Origin: Hypanus sabinus
Taxonomy: Eukaryota
Length of the DNA stretch: 64,000 nt
Assembly: GCF_030144855.1 (NCBI RefSeq)
Contig: NC_082707.1
Location: 155,372,001 to 155,436,000 of the forward strand
Direction of reading: 5' to 3'
Part shown: piece by piece, positions 26,094 through 38,738 of the stretch
How the letters are laid out: every line of letters begins with the position of its first letter
Position numbering within the stretch: the stretch's first letter is position 1
Program-made: the position numbers and the translations under genes
The notes under the pieces: generated by a model
What the model was told of the DNA's origin: nothing
What the model saw: the letters and a program-made list of their open reading frames with translations, nothing else
Database searches by the model: none

Positions 26094-28090
26094 GTGAGAT
26101 TAAGAGTTTGGCACGGACTAGGAGAGCCGAGATGGCCTGTTTCCGTGCTGTGATTGTTATATGGTTAACAGGGCAAATTTGACATAACTCTACATTATTA
26201 GAAACACAAATTATCAAATGAAATCTGTTAATGCAATCACAACATGGATTTCACTTGAATTCAAAAAGCAGCTTTCAGCTATATTACTCAGAGTCAGGTT
26301 TTTAACTTATGTGTACGTATATTTAAAATAATATTAATACCCAGTTGGTCTGGGGACAAAGCCTCACCAGTTGTTAAAGCCATTCAAGGGTGAAGCCTGC
26401 CATTTTCACTGAAAACTGATTAGATCTACTGAGATTTGGACCCATTAGGAGTGTGTGTTTGGAGGTACATAGGTCAAAACCATGGGCTTCACAGAATGTG
26501 CAACACAGCAACTTTGGTATTTCTCTTTGAACTCTGGTTTTCTCTCAGACCCCAAAAGTTTTGCATGCTGACAGGTTAATTGGCTACTGTAAAATTCTTC
26601 CAACAGACAGCACCTGAGGTTAGGATTGCATCCAAGAGTCTGATGCTATAAGGTAGTGACTCTACCAGCTGCATCATGGTGCCACTGGAAATCAAGGAAT
26701 AGCATTGCAGGTCTGTATCAAACCTGGGTCACTGGCATCTGGTCATTGAAACTCATCAACAGCTCAGGGATCACCACTGACCAGAAATTCAGCTGGACTA
26801 GCTTCAGCATTTACATGACATGATCGAAAGTAGGTTATCCTGTACCTCTCAGCACTCATAAGCCTTTCCACCACCTACAGTAAAATAGCAAAAATCTAGT
26901 ATCCAATTGCTCATTCATTTGTATGCTAAGCCCTTGTTATCCATATATGTACTCTGATAAAAAAAATTTACTTTGAACTTTGAACCATTTGTGGATCTGA
27001 ATATCAACAAGGTCGATCACATATTACTAGGAGTGTGAGCCAAGTATGCAGCTGAAACCTAGGTCGAGCAAGGCCAAAACAAGCTGACCTTCCTCCAAGG
27101 ACTCTGGGCTTAGCCCTCATTCCCAGTAACACAAGCTAATTTATCAACCCCACACCACACCCTCATCCACAATGCTTTAGTTTCCCACATTCCCGCTAAA
27201 CTCTCGGGGGCTGTTTTCCAATCCCTTTAAATTCACTGGATGCAAATCACTATACAACAAAATAAAACTTAAACTGGAAAATTCAAATATAAATTAGAAG
27301 AATAACATCTTATACACCATTTGAGTGGATTAATGGCATGAATAATGAATTCTCCAATTTTGGGTAACCCACACACTTCTGTTTTCTCTTTTCACACAAA
27401 CTTACCCACCCACCTAGCTTTCTTGATCCTTTGTTCTCCTCTCCCATTTGTCTTCTCCCTCCATTCCACTAAACTATCAACTAACTACCTTCACCTATCA
27501 GTATCTATCCCATCCACCTCTCCACTTACTGCTATATACTGGCAATCTTTCCACTTTCCACTTGGTCCTGACACAGGGTGTTGGGTCTAAGTGTCAACAT
27601 ACACCTTTTGCCTCAACAGATGCTGCAACTCACGAGTCTGATGCCATATTCTCCACTTGTCTGGATGAATGCAGCTCCAATTTCAAGAAGCTCAACAACA
27701 CCCAAGAAAGAAATAATACATTTAAGTGGGAGCTCATTAACCACCCTAAATTTCACTCTCATCTCTAGTGACACTGAGTAACATGCAGTATACAAAATGC
27801 TTAACAGTAACACATCCAGGTTACTGCAACCCTTACCTCTCAAATCAGGACAATAACCATATTGGAATACCTGCAGTTTCCATTCAAGTCAAACATTTTT
27901 CTTATTTTGAAATATATGACTAGTCCTTCAGTGTTACTGGGTTCAAATCCTATATCTTTCTGCACAATCCCACAGGAGTACATTCACCAAAATAGTTTTA
28001 AAGTAGCAGCTCACCATCACCTTCTCAAGATTAATAAATGCTCTCCTTGCTGTCAATGCCCAGATCATGGAAAATGAATTTAAAAAATAC

Positions 28091-28327
28091 CTGAAGTTCT
28101 AGCTGATGTTCTTGAATTTTTTCCAGATGGCTCAGTCGTTGATTTAAAAGCATGCTTAACTGTGCCTCCAATTCTCTGATTCTTTCTGTATGCTTCTTGG
28201 ACTTTGGATCCTGAATTGAAGCCTTTGCTTGCTCCTCAGCAATCTGTTTTACTTGCTGATCCATTTCCTGGAGTTTAGTCACCAACTCATTCACAGTAGC
28301 AATCTTAGCTCCAAGGTCACTCTGAGC
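28091..28327 (-). CDS. KIAA0586: KIAA0586/TALPID3 coding exon (237 nt, phase 0->0; coiled coil AQSDLGAKIATVNELVTKLQEMD...RLSHLEKIQEHQLELQ)
   Basis: tAG acceptor and CAG|GTATTT donor. Matches recalled TALPID3 [23 protein letters not shown]...HIRHLEKLQQQQIDIQ. Overlaps ORF 28031..28294. Confidence 0.95.
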
Positions 28328-29898
28328 CTATATTTAATAAATATCAATTAACTACAAAGAGCTAACAAAATTCTGAAAAATTTAATTGTGCAGATCAAAC
28401 AAACCATGATATCCAATATTATATCAAATGATGGACTCATGACATCAGTATTTGGTTATGTTTGAGGTTTGTACTTTATTTTTAGGATTGGGATTCATGG
28501 TGGAAGTCTGCATTTTGAAACATTCCTAACTCCACTAAGGTGATGCTATTGAGTCCAAGTCTTCAGTTACTGCAATCAGCATAGTAAGTGAATGACCAAT
28601 ATGAGATTTCAAGCAAACCTCAGAATTCATTCACATTATTTTTAATCAGAGAGGAGGAAGAAGAATCTACTTTAACAAGGTTGGAATCTTTGCCAGTACA
28701 GTGCAGTATAAAATAAATCCAAGTATTCCAGCTCCTTGTCATGTTTTGGGAGCAGCAAACTTTTAGAAGGACCAATGAAGACATTGGTCTCTGATAAACA
28801 GATGTGTGACAGCAAGGAGTCAACGTCTAGCCATCTGGAGTACTTATTTATCCAAAGAGCTTGCCTGCACAATAACTTCCTAAAATTGAGACATCTTATA
28901 GATGAATTTTATCCTCAACAGCTTTTGGGAATATTGATAGTAGCAGTTGTTTGTTTATACATGACATACAGTAGGTATGGATTGTGTATGGTTCCTTTCA
29001 ACATAAGGAAGCAGGTGCTGGGAAGTTTAAAAACTTGCTTATTTATTTGAAAATGAGCTATAATTTTTTTACATTTTAATAGTTAAATTCAGGTGATACA
29101 AGTAACGGTTCCTTAATTTGGTGGTGTGAGTCTTAAGGCTCTTGTACCTTCTTCCTGATGGTAGCAGTGAGAAGAGAGTGTTTCTCTGATGATGGATGCT
29201 ACCTTCCTGTAACAGCGTTTCAAACAGATGTGCTTAGAGGTTGGAAGGGCATTTTCCATGATGGACTGGACTGTATCCACTACTTGTTGTAGGATTTTTC
29301 ATTCAAGGCGATTGGTGTTTCCTATACTGGGCTGTATTGCAGCTAGCCAATATACTCTGCACTACAGATCTAAAATAGTTTTTCAGATAAGGGAAATATT
29401 TTACCTTAAAAATGCCTTTCACCATCAACAGAATAACTAAATTCCGGACAAGAACTCCAGTCAGCATACAGTTATACAATAAGACACTACGTCAACAAGG
29501 GTAAATGGGTTATTCACCAGTAGAAATATTGACAACTGGACCACTGATATACAAACTGCTCTCAAGGAAGTGCAACAGCCAATTAACTGGACTTGTGTCT
29601 CATCAGATCATTGGAACGGTGAGCCGTAGGAGAGCTCTGAATATATAAAATGAAATTCCAATAAGCTAGCACTCTCGAGACTTGATTGGGGCAGACTAAC
29701 AGATTTCTCCCACTACTTAATTATTATCCCAACACACTTTGTTAAGACGTTACACAGTAACATAATAAATTTTTCATGGGCACCATTACTGATGAATCGA
29801 ATCAGATGCTGAATTGTTGGGATTTTCAAAAACTAAGATGACACATTATTTTCAGATTGGAGGTTGTGATCAGTGCAGTGTGCTGCATCCCCTTAAAT

Positions 29899-30012
29899 CA
29901 GTGGTCCCCAACCACCGGGCTGTGCTACCAGGCCACCAGGAAACAATATGATTTGGCAGTATGAAGTGATATGATGAGTCAGCTGCCACGGCCCGGTGGT
30001 TGGGGACCACTG
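29899..30012. mobile_element. 114-bp non-autonomous hAT (Charlie-like) MITE
   Basis: TIR CAGTGGTCCCCAACCACCGGGC, 22 bp perfect and 25/26 extended. Perfect 8-bp TSD CCTTAAAT at 29891-29898 and 30013-30020. Confidence 0.95.
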
Positions 30013-30039
30013 CCTTAAATGATGTAATTTGGTAAGTGG

Positions 30040-30625
30040 TTAAACCAAAGCTGGGCAGACATAGTGAAAGCAGGGCCCTGGTGGGTGTTGCAGAGAAGAG
30101 AAAGTACATAGTCCTCTAAAAGTGGTAATATAATTAGACAGGGTGGTGAAGAATGTGCATGGCTCTCATGCCTTCAATAGTCAGGACAGTAAGTACAAGA
30201 CTTGGGACGTCATGTTACAGACATATAAAGTGTTTGTAAGATTGCATCTTGAGTTCTGTGAGCAGGTCTAATAGCCATATAGGAATAATGTTATTAAACT
30301 AGAGAAGGTAGAAAATGTAAGGATGATGCTAGGAATGTAGGGTTTAAAATAAAAAGAGGGACAGGATAGGGTGGGACAGTTTTCTTTGGAATGAGAGGGT
30401 GAGCAGTGACTTTATAGAGGCTTACAAAATCAGGATGGTCAGTCTTTTTCCAAGGGTAGGGAAGTCAAACACTAGAGAGCATAAGTTTCAGCTGAGAGGG
30501 GAAAAGAGTTAAAAAGGTGTTGAGGGATGAATTTTCCAGAGATTGTAGAGGTAAGTGGAATGAGCTGCAAAAGGATGTCATTGAGGTGGGTACAATTACA
30601 ACAACTGAAAGACATTTACACAAAC
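30040..30625 (+). mobile_element. Old CR1 3' fragment
   Basis: Decayed DRVVKN, WDVMLQ, SDFIEAYKI, TREHKFQLRG and WNEL motifs. Confidence 0.7.
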
Positions 30626-31789
30626 AAGTTCAAATTTTGTTTACAAGTGTAGAAAGAGAATTATAGATTACTGTTATATTTAAGGATAGTCTAATTTTAA
30701 AAGGCAGTGTGAGTTTTATTTGCATGAATAATCATGCTTCCTCTAACACAGCTGCATTCATATCAACTAATAAGTAAGCTATCTTAAAGTAAATAAAATT
30801 TCTCTCCTCAAAAGCCATCATCCATTGTTTATCCATATGTCACATTTCATCTAAACCTAAACATACAACTAATACATTATCAAATGGTTAAAAAAATTCT
30901 TTTTCTAGCTAATGACCTGACAAGTCACACCTTTCTGACCCCTTCACAAATTAGGATAAGGGACTCTCTCCATTTTTTTGTACTTGGGAGATCTTTTCAT
31001 ACATTTTGTTTTTCTTTTTTTAATGTTTCCTCAACAAATCAAGCTTGCTTAGAATTCCCTATGAACACTAAGTTACATCTTTCTCACTTAATAAATTTCG
31101 TGCCAATTCCAGGTACACAACATCAAAACCAATTATTTGTTGTTCCCACAAAGTTACTGATATTGAATTTTCTTACCTTCCCTGGTAATTAGTATTGTAA
31201 ACCATAGTTTTTCTCCATTCCTTTCAAAACTATAGTATATGTTCATAACATCACTTTATAAAAATCCACCATTGACTTCTCTTTCTTTTCAACTCAATTA
31301 CTCAAAGATTTGAAATTTACCAAAGAAAACAATTCTTCAAACCCAAAAGTGTTCTAATTGTTTAAGGTGATTAAGCTGCCCAAAGATTAGAATTCCTCTG
31401 CCAAGTTATTTTATAATTGTTCACTCCATTCATTAGACAGATCTTATTGCTCCCCATACGTTGGATAGATAACACCTGTCAATGCCATTCTATAATCATC
31501 TGCTACAGTTAAGAAGAGCAGCTTGAGCTAGTGAAAATACAAAAACTCAGTATTTTTGGGATTATTGATAAGGATCAAGTTCTACCACTTAATCTCAGCA
31601 GAATTATTCACTAGAGTCACTATGCAATTAAACCTTACTTATTAAGGATAAAGCACTTAGTAAAAAAAACTAATGTCCAGCAAGACAAGAATCTTATCAG
31701 AAATGTTGTCAGCTAACTTTCATCATATTGTATATTTAATAATTCAGTTTGAACATGAATCATGAAAATTACATTAAGAACTCAACTAG

Positions 31790-32279
31790 CTACTGTCCTT
31801 TCCCACCAGCATCCACCTTCTTCAGCCATTTGCTACATCCACCTATCACCTCCCAGCTTCTTACATCATTCCTTGTCTTGCCCATTCCTCACATCATTCC
31901 CAGTCTCTACCATTCCTCATCTAATGGTACACAGAGCTTAGAAAATTAGAGGGCTATGGGTAACCCTGGGTAAATTCTAAGGTAAGGACATGTTCAGCAC
32001 AGCTTTGTGGGCCAAAGGGACTGTATTGTGCTGTAGGTTTACTATGTTTCTAAGTTTCATAAGCCGATCATCTCTCTCACCTATCACCTGCCCAGCTCTT
32101 GCACCACCCCCTTCCTCCATCTTGTTATACTGGCTACCTTCCCTCTTTCTCCCCAGACCAGTCTATTGGCCTGACCTTAAATGTCATCTGTCCATTTCCC
32201 TCCACAGATACTGCCTGTCACGCTGAGTTCCTTCAGCATTCTGTGTGTTGCTCCAGATTTCCAGCATTTGCAGCCTCCT
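31790..32279 (+). mobile_element. Penelope-derived 3' fragment interrupted by a short CR1 3' tail (about 31925-32052)
   Basis: acctatcacct.ccagc and gctgagttc..cagcatt..gtgtgttgctccagatttccagcat blocks. The insert matches the reverse complement of 57-165. Confidence 0.7.
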
Positions 32280-32307
32280 GAGAACTCAATTATGAGGGGT
32301 GGAGTTT

Positions 32308-32317
32308 CAAGATGGCG
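32308..32317 (+). promoter_or_regulatory. YY1-type motif CAAGATGGCG at the L1 5' end (internal promoter)
   Basis: Element starts GGGGTGGAGTTTCAAGATGGCG, with AAGATGGCG at +14. YY1 consensus is AANATGGCG. Confidence 0.75.
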
Positions 32318-32467
32318 ACGTAGACATCTGCCTTTTAGGCACTCTTCATTTTTTAAGCTATAATCACCCTTTAATCAAATCTTTTCGTACTTAACTACAT
32401 GGGTTGATATTTACGATTTATTTCTTTTTTAAAAAATAATACTTGATTTAATTTTTTCAAACTTAAA

Positions 32468-33278
32468 ATGTCTGTACCTAAGAAATCGTCTAAAGACCCT
32501 GTATCTCTCGATGCAATCTCCAGTCTTCTGGATACTAAACTGGATACTAAACTTGCAAGTCTGGAAAATAAACTTACTGCGAAAATGTCTGAGCTTGAAG
32601 AAGTCGTTAGATCATTTGATACCAAGCTTCAATCGCTGGCAGCAGATATTGAACGGCATGAAGAAAAGTTTGCGGCTCTTGACAAGATAATTTGTGAAAA
32701 AATACGTACAATCGAAACTTTGGAGGAGAAGGTACGATTGACCGCTAAAATAGTGGAGCAGAATAAGTTTAAAATCACCGATCTTGAAAACCGATCTCGC
32801 AGACAAAACTTGCGTATTATTGGATTTCCCGAAAATGTTGAGTCTGGTGACTTAACTGAATATTTCTCTAACTTATTGTGGGAAATTTTTGGCGAGGACA
32901 CTTTGCGGGTTAAACCTACCCGGTGCCCACAGAGTTTCGGGATTTTCGGCTGCGAGAGACAAGCCACGAGCTGTGATTGTCCGTCTCCATTATCCTCAGG
33001 AGAAAGAGCTTTTAATTCGATTAGCTCGTCAGAAAGGTATGATTTCTCACAGAAACAAGAAGTTTCGTATTGTTGAGGATTATTCATTCGAGGTGATGAG
33101 GGCGAGAATCGCTTTTAAACCGGTGATGGCAGAGATTCATTCGATTGGACTTAAACAAGCTTTAAGATACCCAGCGAATCTTAGAATTACGTTGAGTGAT
33201 GACAGTCAGCGCTTCTTTAATACTCCGGAAGAAGCGAAGAAATTCGTTGAAGAATATCGGTCTTCTAGTACAAGTTGA
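32468..33278 (+). pseudogene. L1 ORF1p (coiled coil, RRM, CTD) with one frameshift near 32915
   Basis: Heptad-rich N-terminus, DLENRSRRQNLRIIGFPE, AHRV, PRAVIVRL, RIVEDYS, YPANLRI, FNTPEEA. Confidence 0.92.
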
Positions 33279-34240
33279 ACTATGTGTTATGTTGAAGAAT
33301 TTTTGGAGAGAAGACGCCATTCCGCTTTTAGGCTTTAACTTATGAAGCTGCGGTATAGCTTTTTACTTTGGCCTGTAGACCTGGTTTTTTTTTTATTATC
33401 ATGATTTACAGATGCTCTTTTAATTTTACTATAATGTTTTTTTTTAATTAAGTTTTTTTTTCCTCTGGATTAGATATACATGTTAAGATTTTGTAATAAT
33501 GATTTATTTTTTAAGATGTCGTTTCTTTTTCCCATAAGACTTTGCTTTCCGTAAGCGTTTATTTGCCTGTATTTGAGAATGGGACCAATGTTTTGAATTT
33601 TTGGACCTTTTTTTATATATATTGTAGTGGTTATTGAATCCTTTTTTAATCTTATTTTGATGACCTTTTTTTTAAAAAAAAGATTGGCGAATTTACATTT
33701 ATATTCTGTAATATGGTCCTTTCAAAATGTCGTTTCTTCTTCCCATAAGTCTCTGTTTTTGAAACGTCATTTTCTTATATTTGAATATGGAATCTTTTTT
33801 TAAAGGCATATTACACAACTTTAAACTTCAATGGTTATCCTTTTTTTGATTAATGATTTTTTGCTTTTTTATATTATTTTTTTCATTTTGATTGATATAT
33901 ATTCTTTCTTTTTACAACCCTGTATTTATATCTGGGTGTTATATAGTTTCTCTTTTCTTTCTTTTCATGGAGTTGCCATCTTGAAAATGGGGGTAATATT
34001 AGTATTAGTTCGTGCGCCTGCCGCTTGGCTCTTTTTCGAGGAGTTGGGGGGAGGGGGTAGGGATCTTTTTTCACGCTTTTGCTTTTTATTTTTTTGCTTT
34101 TAGTTTATGGGCCGACTTTAAATTATTAATATTGTTGAGTTGTCATGTTCTCCGGTTGCTCCTGAATCATTTTTCCTTCTTCCTGAATTATGGGTTATGT
34201 GTCTTTTTAACCTTTTATGATATACACAACTAATATTGGC

Positions 34241-37200
34241 ATGATGGATAAGTCTATTAACTTTATCTCTTGGAATACTAATGGTTTAAATCATCCGATT
34301 AAATGTAAAAAAATATTTAAAGTATTCCATAGACTAAACGCTAATATTATTTTTGCACAGGAGACCCATATTAGGAGGGAGGATAATCAACGTTTTTTTA
34401 GGTTCTGGAAGGGTCAACAATTTCACTCGAATTGTTCCGTCAAAATTAGGGGTGTGTCTATTTTTACAGACCCCTCAATTTCGTTTACACATCATGAAAT
34501 TATTTCTGATCCACAGGGCAGATTTTTGTTGATAACTTGTTCACTTTTTAATCGAAAAGTGGTTCCAGTTAATATTTATGCTCCAAACTTTGACTGCCCT
34601 GAATTTTTTAAACGTTTATTTACTTCCCTTCCTAATCTAAATGAATATATGTTGATAATGGGTGGAGATTTCAATTGTTGTTTGAATCCTTTGATGGATA
34701 GATCCAAACCTATCCGAATTCTTCCGAATAGATCAGCCTTACTTATTAATTCTTTTATGGTTGATTCGGGAATTACTGAAATATGGGGGTTTTTGAACCC
34801 TAAAGATAAAGAATTTTCATTTTTTTCACATGTATATCACAGTTATTCTAGAATTGATTATTTCCTTATTGATCATCGTTTATTAACCGATGTTACTGAT
34901 TGTAAATATGATTCTATTACTATTTCAGATCATGCACCTTTGAAGTTATCTATCAAGATTTCGGACTTTTCCAATAATACTAGATCTTGGAGACTTAACG
35001 CTACTTTGCTTCAAGACCCAGAATTTATCACCTACATAAAACAGCAAATTGACTTGTTTTTCTCAACAAACTATACTGAAGAGATTGACAGAGGAATACT
35101 TTGGGACTCTTTTAAGGCTTTTATCCGTGGACAAATTATCTCATATTCCGTTGGTAAAAGAAAACAAAGATATTTAGATATTGCTTTATTAGTGGATAAA
35201 ATTAAAGAAATTGATAAGATTTATTCCGTGACTCCTACCAAAAAACTTTATAAGAAGAGAGTTGAGCTTCAAATGGAGCATAGCTTATTATTATCTTCTT
35301 CAATTGAGAATCAATTAATTAGGACCAGGGCTCAATTTTATATCCACAGTGATTGAACTGGTAAACTGTTAGCTAATCAATTAAAAGCTATTTCGACTAA
35401 GCAACAAATTATTAAAATTCGTAAACAAGACGGTAATCTAACTACTGATCATAAAGAAATCACTAACACTTTTCAAGATTTTTATAAATCTTTATATCAA
35501 TTAGAATTTGATGGCGATCTGTCCATGATGGATAATTTTTTTAACAATTTGAATATTCCCAAACTGACAGATGAAGATCGTAGCTTGTTCGATGCTCCTA
35601 TCTCTATGGCTGAAATAGGAGAGGCTATCTCATCAATGAATTCAGGGGAAGCTCCTGGTCCTGATGGTTATATTATAGAATTTTTAAAAACTTTTTCTTC
35701 TTTGCTTTCCCCTTGGTTATGTGAAATCTTTAATGATGCATTTGCTAAGAAGAGATTACCTCAATCTTTTTATGAAGCTACTATCTCTCTAATTCTTAAA
35801 AAAGATAAGGATCCTACTTTATGTGCATCTTATCGTCCTATATCACTATTAAATGTAGACTCTAAGATTCTTACAAAAATTTTAGCCATTAGGTTAGAAA
35901 AGGTACTATCACAGATTATTTCAGAAGACCAAACTGGTTTTATTAGGAATCGGTATTCCTTTTTTAATGTTAGAAAATTGATTAATATAATTTATACTTC
36001 ATCACCCATAATCCCAGAATGTGTTATTTCATTAGATGCTGAAAAAGCTTTTGATAGAGTTGAATGGACATACTTATTTAACGCTTTGAGATATTTTAAT
36101 TTTAGTCCTAATTTTATATCATGGATCAAACTATTATAAACCTGTTGCTTCTGTTCTTACAAATAATTACAGATCCTCTTTTTTACAATTATCTCGTGGT
36201 ACGAGACAAGGTTGTCCCTTAAGTCCTTTATTATTTAATATCGCATTAGAACCTTTAGCCATTGCTATTCGTGAATCTCCTAATATTTTTGGTATTACCC
36301 GTAATGAGAAGTTATACAAGTTATCACTTTATGCTGATGACTTGTTGTTATATATTTCTGATCCTGACAGGTTTATTCCCGCTATTTTATCCTTGTTGGC
36401 TCAATTTGGTAGTTTTTCTGGTTATAAACTAAACTTGGATAAGAGTGATTTATTCCCTTTAAACGTGCAAACTTTATTGAATGATAGGATACCATTTAAA
36501 GTTGTTACTGATAACTTTATCTATTTAGGTATAAAAATTACCAAGAAATATAAAGATTTATTTAGACTGAATTTTTTACCTATGCTCCATCAAATTCAAC
36601 AACTTACTACAAAATGGTCTCCCCTATCCTTATCATTAGTTGGTCGGATTAATGCTATTAAAATGATGATTTTACCAAAATTTTAATATTTATTTCAAGC
36701 CTTACCAATTTTTATTCCTAAATCTTTTTTTGACAACATTGATTCAAAAATTTCCTCATTTGTGTGGCAAAATAAAAACCCCAGGTTAAGTAAAAGGCAA
36801 TTACAAAAATCTAAAAAAGATGGTGGTTTAGCTTTACCTAACTTTAGATTTTACTATTGGGCGAATAATATTCGTAACCTAATATATTGGAAATTAGATT
36901 TGGATTCACCATTGTGCCCACAGTGGGTAAATTTAGAATGCAATGAGGCACAGGGATATTCTCTATTCTCTGTTCTTGGTTCTTCTCTTCTTGCTGATTT
37001 AGTTAAATTCAATAAACAGATATCTAATCCTGTGTCAAACATAAATTACGAATTTGGTTTCAATTTCCTAAGTTTTTTACTCTGAAAAACTTTGTTCTTG
37101 ATAGCCCTATTTTACTTAATATTTTTTTCAAACCTTCTTTGACAGATCAAGCTTTTAGTATAAAATGTTTTCGTGATCTTTTTTTTGAAGGTAGTTTGAT

Positions 37201-38003
37201 GTCTTTCGACCAACTTTCCAACAAATTCAAGTTACCTAAATCTAATTTTTTTTAGATATTTACAAATCAGAAATTTTTTACATAAAGTTCTACCATCTTT
37301 CCCCAATTCAACTTCAATGGATTTCTCAGATTTGATTTTTACCTTAAATCCTTGTCAGAAGGGATTAGTGGCTTTTATTTATAATATGATTATGAAGATA
37401 CAACCAGAAATATCAGGTAGAATTAAACAAGAATGGGAAAAAGAACTTCAATATAATATATCAACAGAAAAATGGGAAAAAATTTTACAAATGGTTAATT
37501 CTTCTTCTATATGTGCTAAACATGCTTTAATACAATTTAAAATTGTACATAGAGCTCATATGTCTAAAGATAAGCTTGCTCGATTCTATTCTCATATTAA
37601 CCCTCAATGTGTCAGATGTCATTCAGATGTGGCTTCATTGACCCACATGTTTTGGTCATGTCCCACTTTACATAACTATTGGAAGGACATATTTGCTACC
37701 ATTTCCTCAATTTGGAATATCGATTTACAACCTCATTTTATTACTGCAATTTTTGGTCTACCAAATGAGGATGGTAATCAGTTTTCCCCTTCAATTAGAC
37801 GAATGATTGCTTTTGTAACATTAATGGCCAGAAGGTCTATATTACAAAATTGGAAAGAAGTAAATCCTCCTACCACGTTTCAGTGGTTCTCTCAAACTAT
37901 TTCTTATCTGAGCTTGGAAAAAATTAGAAGCACTATTTTTGACTCATCAATTAAATTTGAAGAAACTTGGGGACCGTTCATTCGACATTTTCATATGAAT
38001 TAA
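34241..38003 (+). pseudogene. L1 ORF2p (APE, RT, CCHC), disrupted
   Basis: SWNTNGLN, QETH, NIYAPN, GGDFN, YSRIDYF, SDHAP, APGPDG, YRPISLLN, LDAEKAFDRV, GTRQGCPLSP, YADD, CVRC...HMFWSC. Stops at 35354 and 36684 plus several frameshifts. Confidence 0.95.
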
Positions 38004-38579
38004 TTTGGCCTCTTCCAGACCTTCTCTCTGCTTATTCTTATTCAGGTATGGAGTTCCAGAGTTTTTGACACTATCATATACATATAAACTGTTATTATTG
38101 CCCATGTTAGTTTAGTTTAGTGTTTTTTTTCTCAATATATATTTTTTCTTGTATTTTTAATTTTTTTTCTTTTGATTATTATTTTTATTTTTTTCATATA
38201 TAATTATTTATAGGCTTGATTGATTAATGTACTATTTTTTGTTGATATTTTAATAGGATATTGTTATCTTATTATTAATGTAATTTCAAGTCTATTGCAC
38301 TTATAACCTATTCATTATTATGTTACGTTTTTTTTATATATGAAACTCAATAAAAAGATTGAAAAAGAAAAGAGAACTCAATTATGATTCTATACACAAA
38401 TCAACCTACTCCTGGGTTATGATTAAAATCAGTAGCCAATTTATTTCTTTATTTCTATGAAAATAGCAATATTAAAAACCTTACAATAACTTTTGCAAAA
38501 ACATTCTAAAGCTCATATTGGCTAAACATTGGAATTTACCATTGCTAAAATAATAAGGTACAAAGTTGCCATTATACCC

Positions 38580-38700
38580 TGGGGTCTCGGCCTGAAATAT
38601 CGACTGTACTCTTTTACCATAGATGCTACCTGGCCTGCTGAGTTCCTCCAGCATTTTGTGTGTGCTGCTTGGATTTCCAGCATCTACAGATTTTCTTCTA
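38580..38700 (+). mobile_element. Penelope terminal fragment with partial hammerhead, about 40 bp from a TALPID3 donor site
   Basis: gggtctcggcctGAAAtatcgactg...cctgctgagttcctccagcatttt, same family as 61238-61372. Confidence 0.75.
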
Positions 38701-38738
38701 TTTACTATTATAAATGTATCATGTAAAGATTCACCAAC

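Larger units (their letters stand above)
22148..26167 (+). mobile_element. Near-full-length CR1 LINE (ORF1 zinc-finger/leucine zipper + SGNH esterase; ORF2 APE + RT), inactivated
   Basis: ORF1 frame from 22151 reads CSWC...CARC then LRD*VRELELQLDDL, followed by GDSIVR, HVGTND, DGLHLN. ORF2 has YFNARS, YYRPP, GDFNFP, SDH, KSPGPD, DFSKAFDKVPH, SGVPQGSVLGP, YADD. About five lesions (stops at 22262, 23870, 24852; frameshifts near 23388 and 23900). 3' tail GTTATATGGTTA. Confidence 0.97.
32296..38371 (+). mobile_element. Full-length L1-clade LINE (6076 bp), antisense to TALPID3, inactivated
   Basis: Perfect 16-bp TSD GAGAACTCAATTATGA at 32280-32295 and 38372-38387. G-rich 5' end with a YY1 motif, ORF1, a spacer of about 960 bp, ORF2, a T-rich 3' UTR, AATAAA at 38349-38354 and an A-rich tail. 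Confidence 0.97.

Noticed and set aside
32629-33087. 152-aa antisense ORF within L1 ORF1 (possible ORF0-like product)
   Set aside because: Simple antisense of a coding region spanning a copy-specific frameshift, with no motif. Primate ORF0 lies in the 5' UTR, not here.
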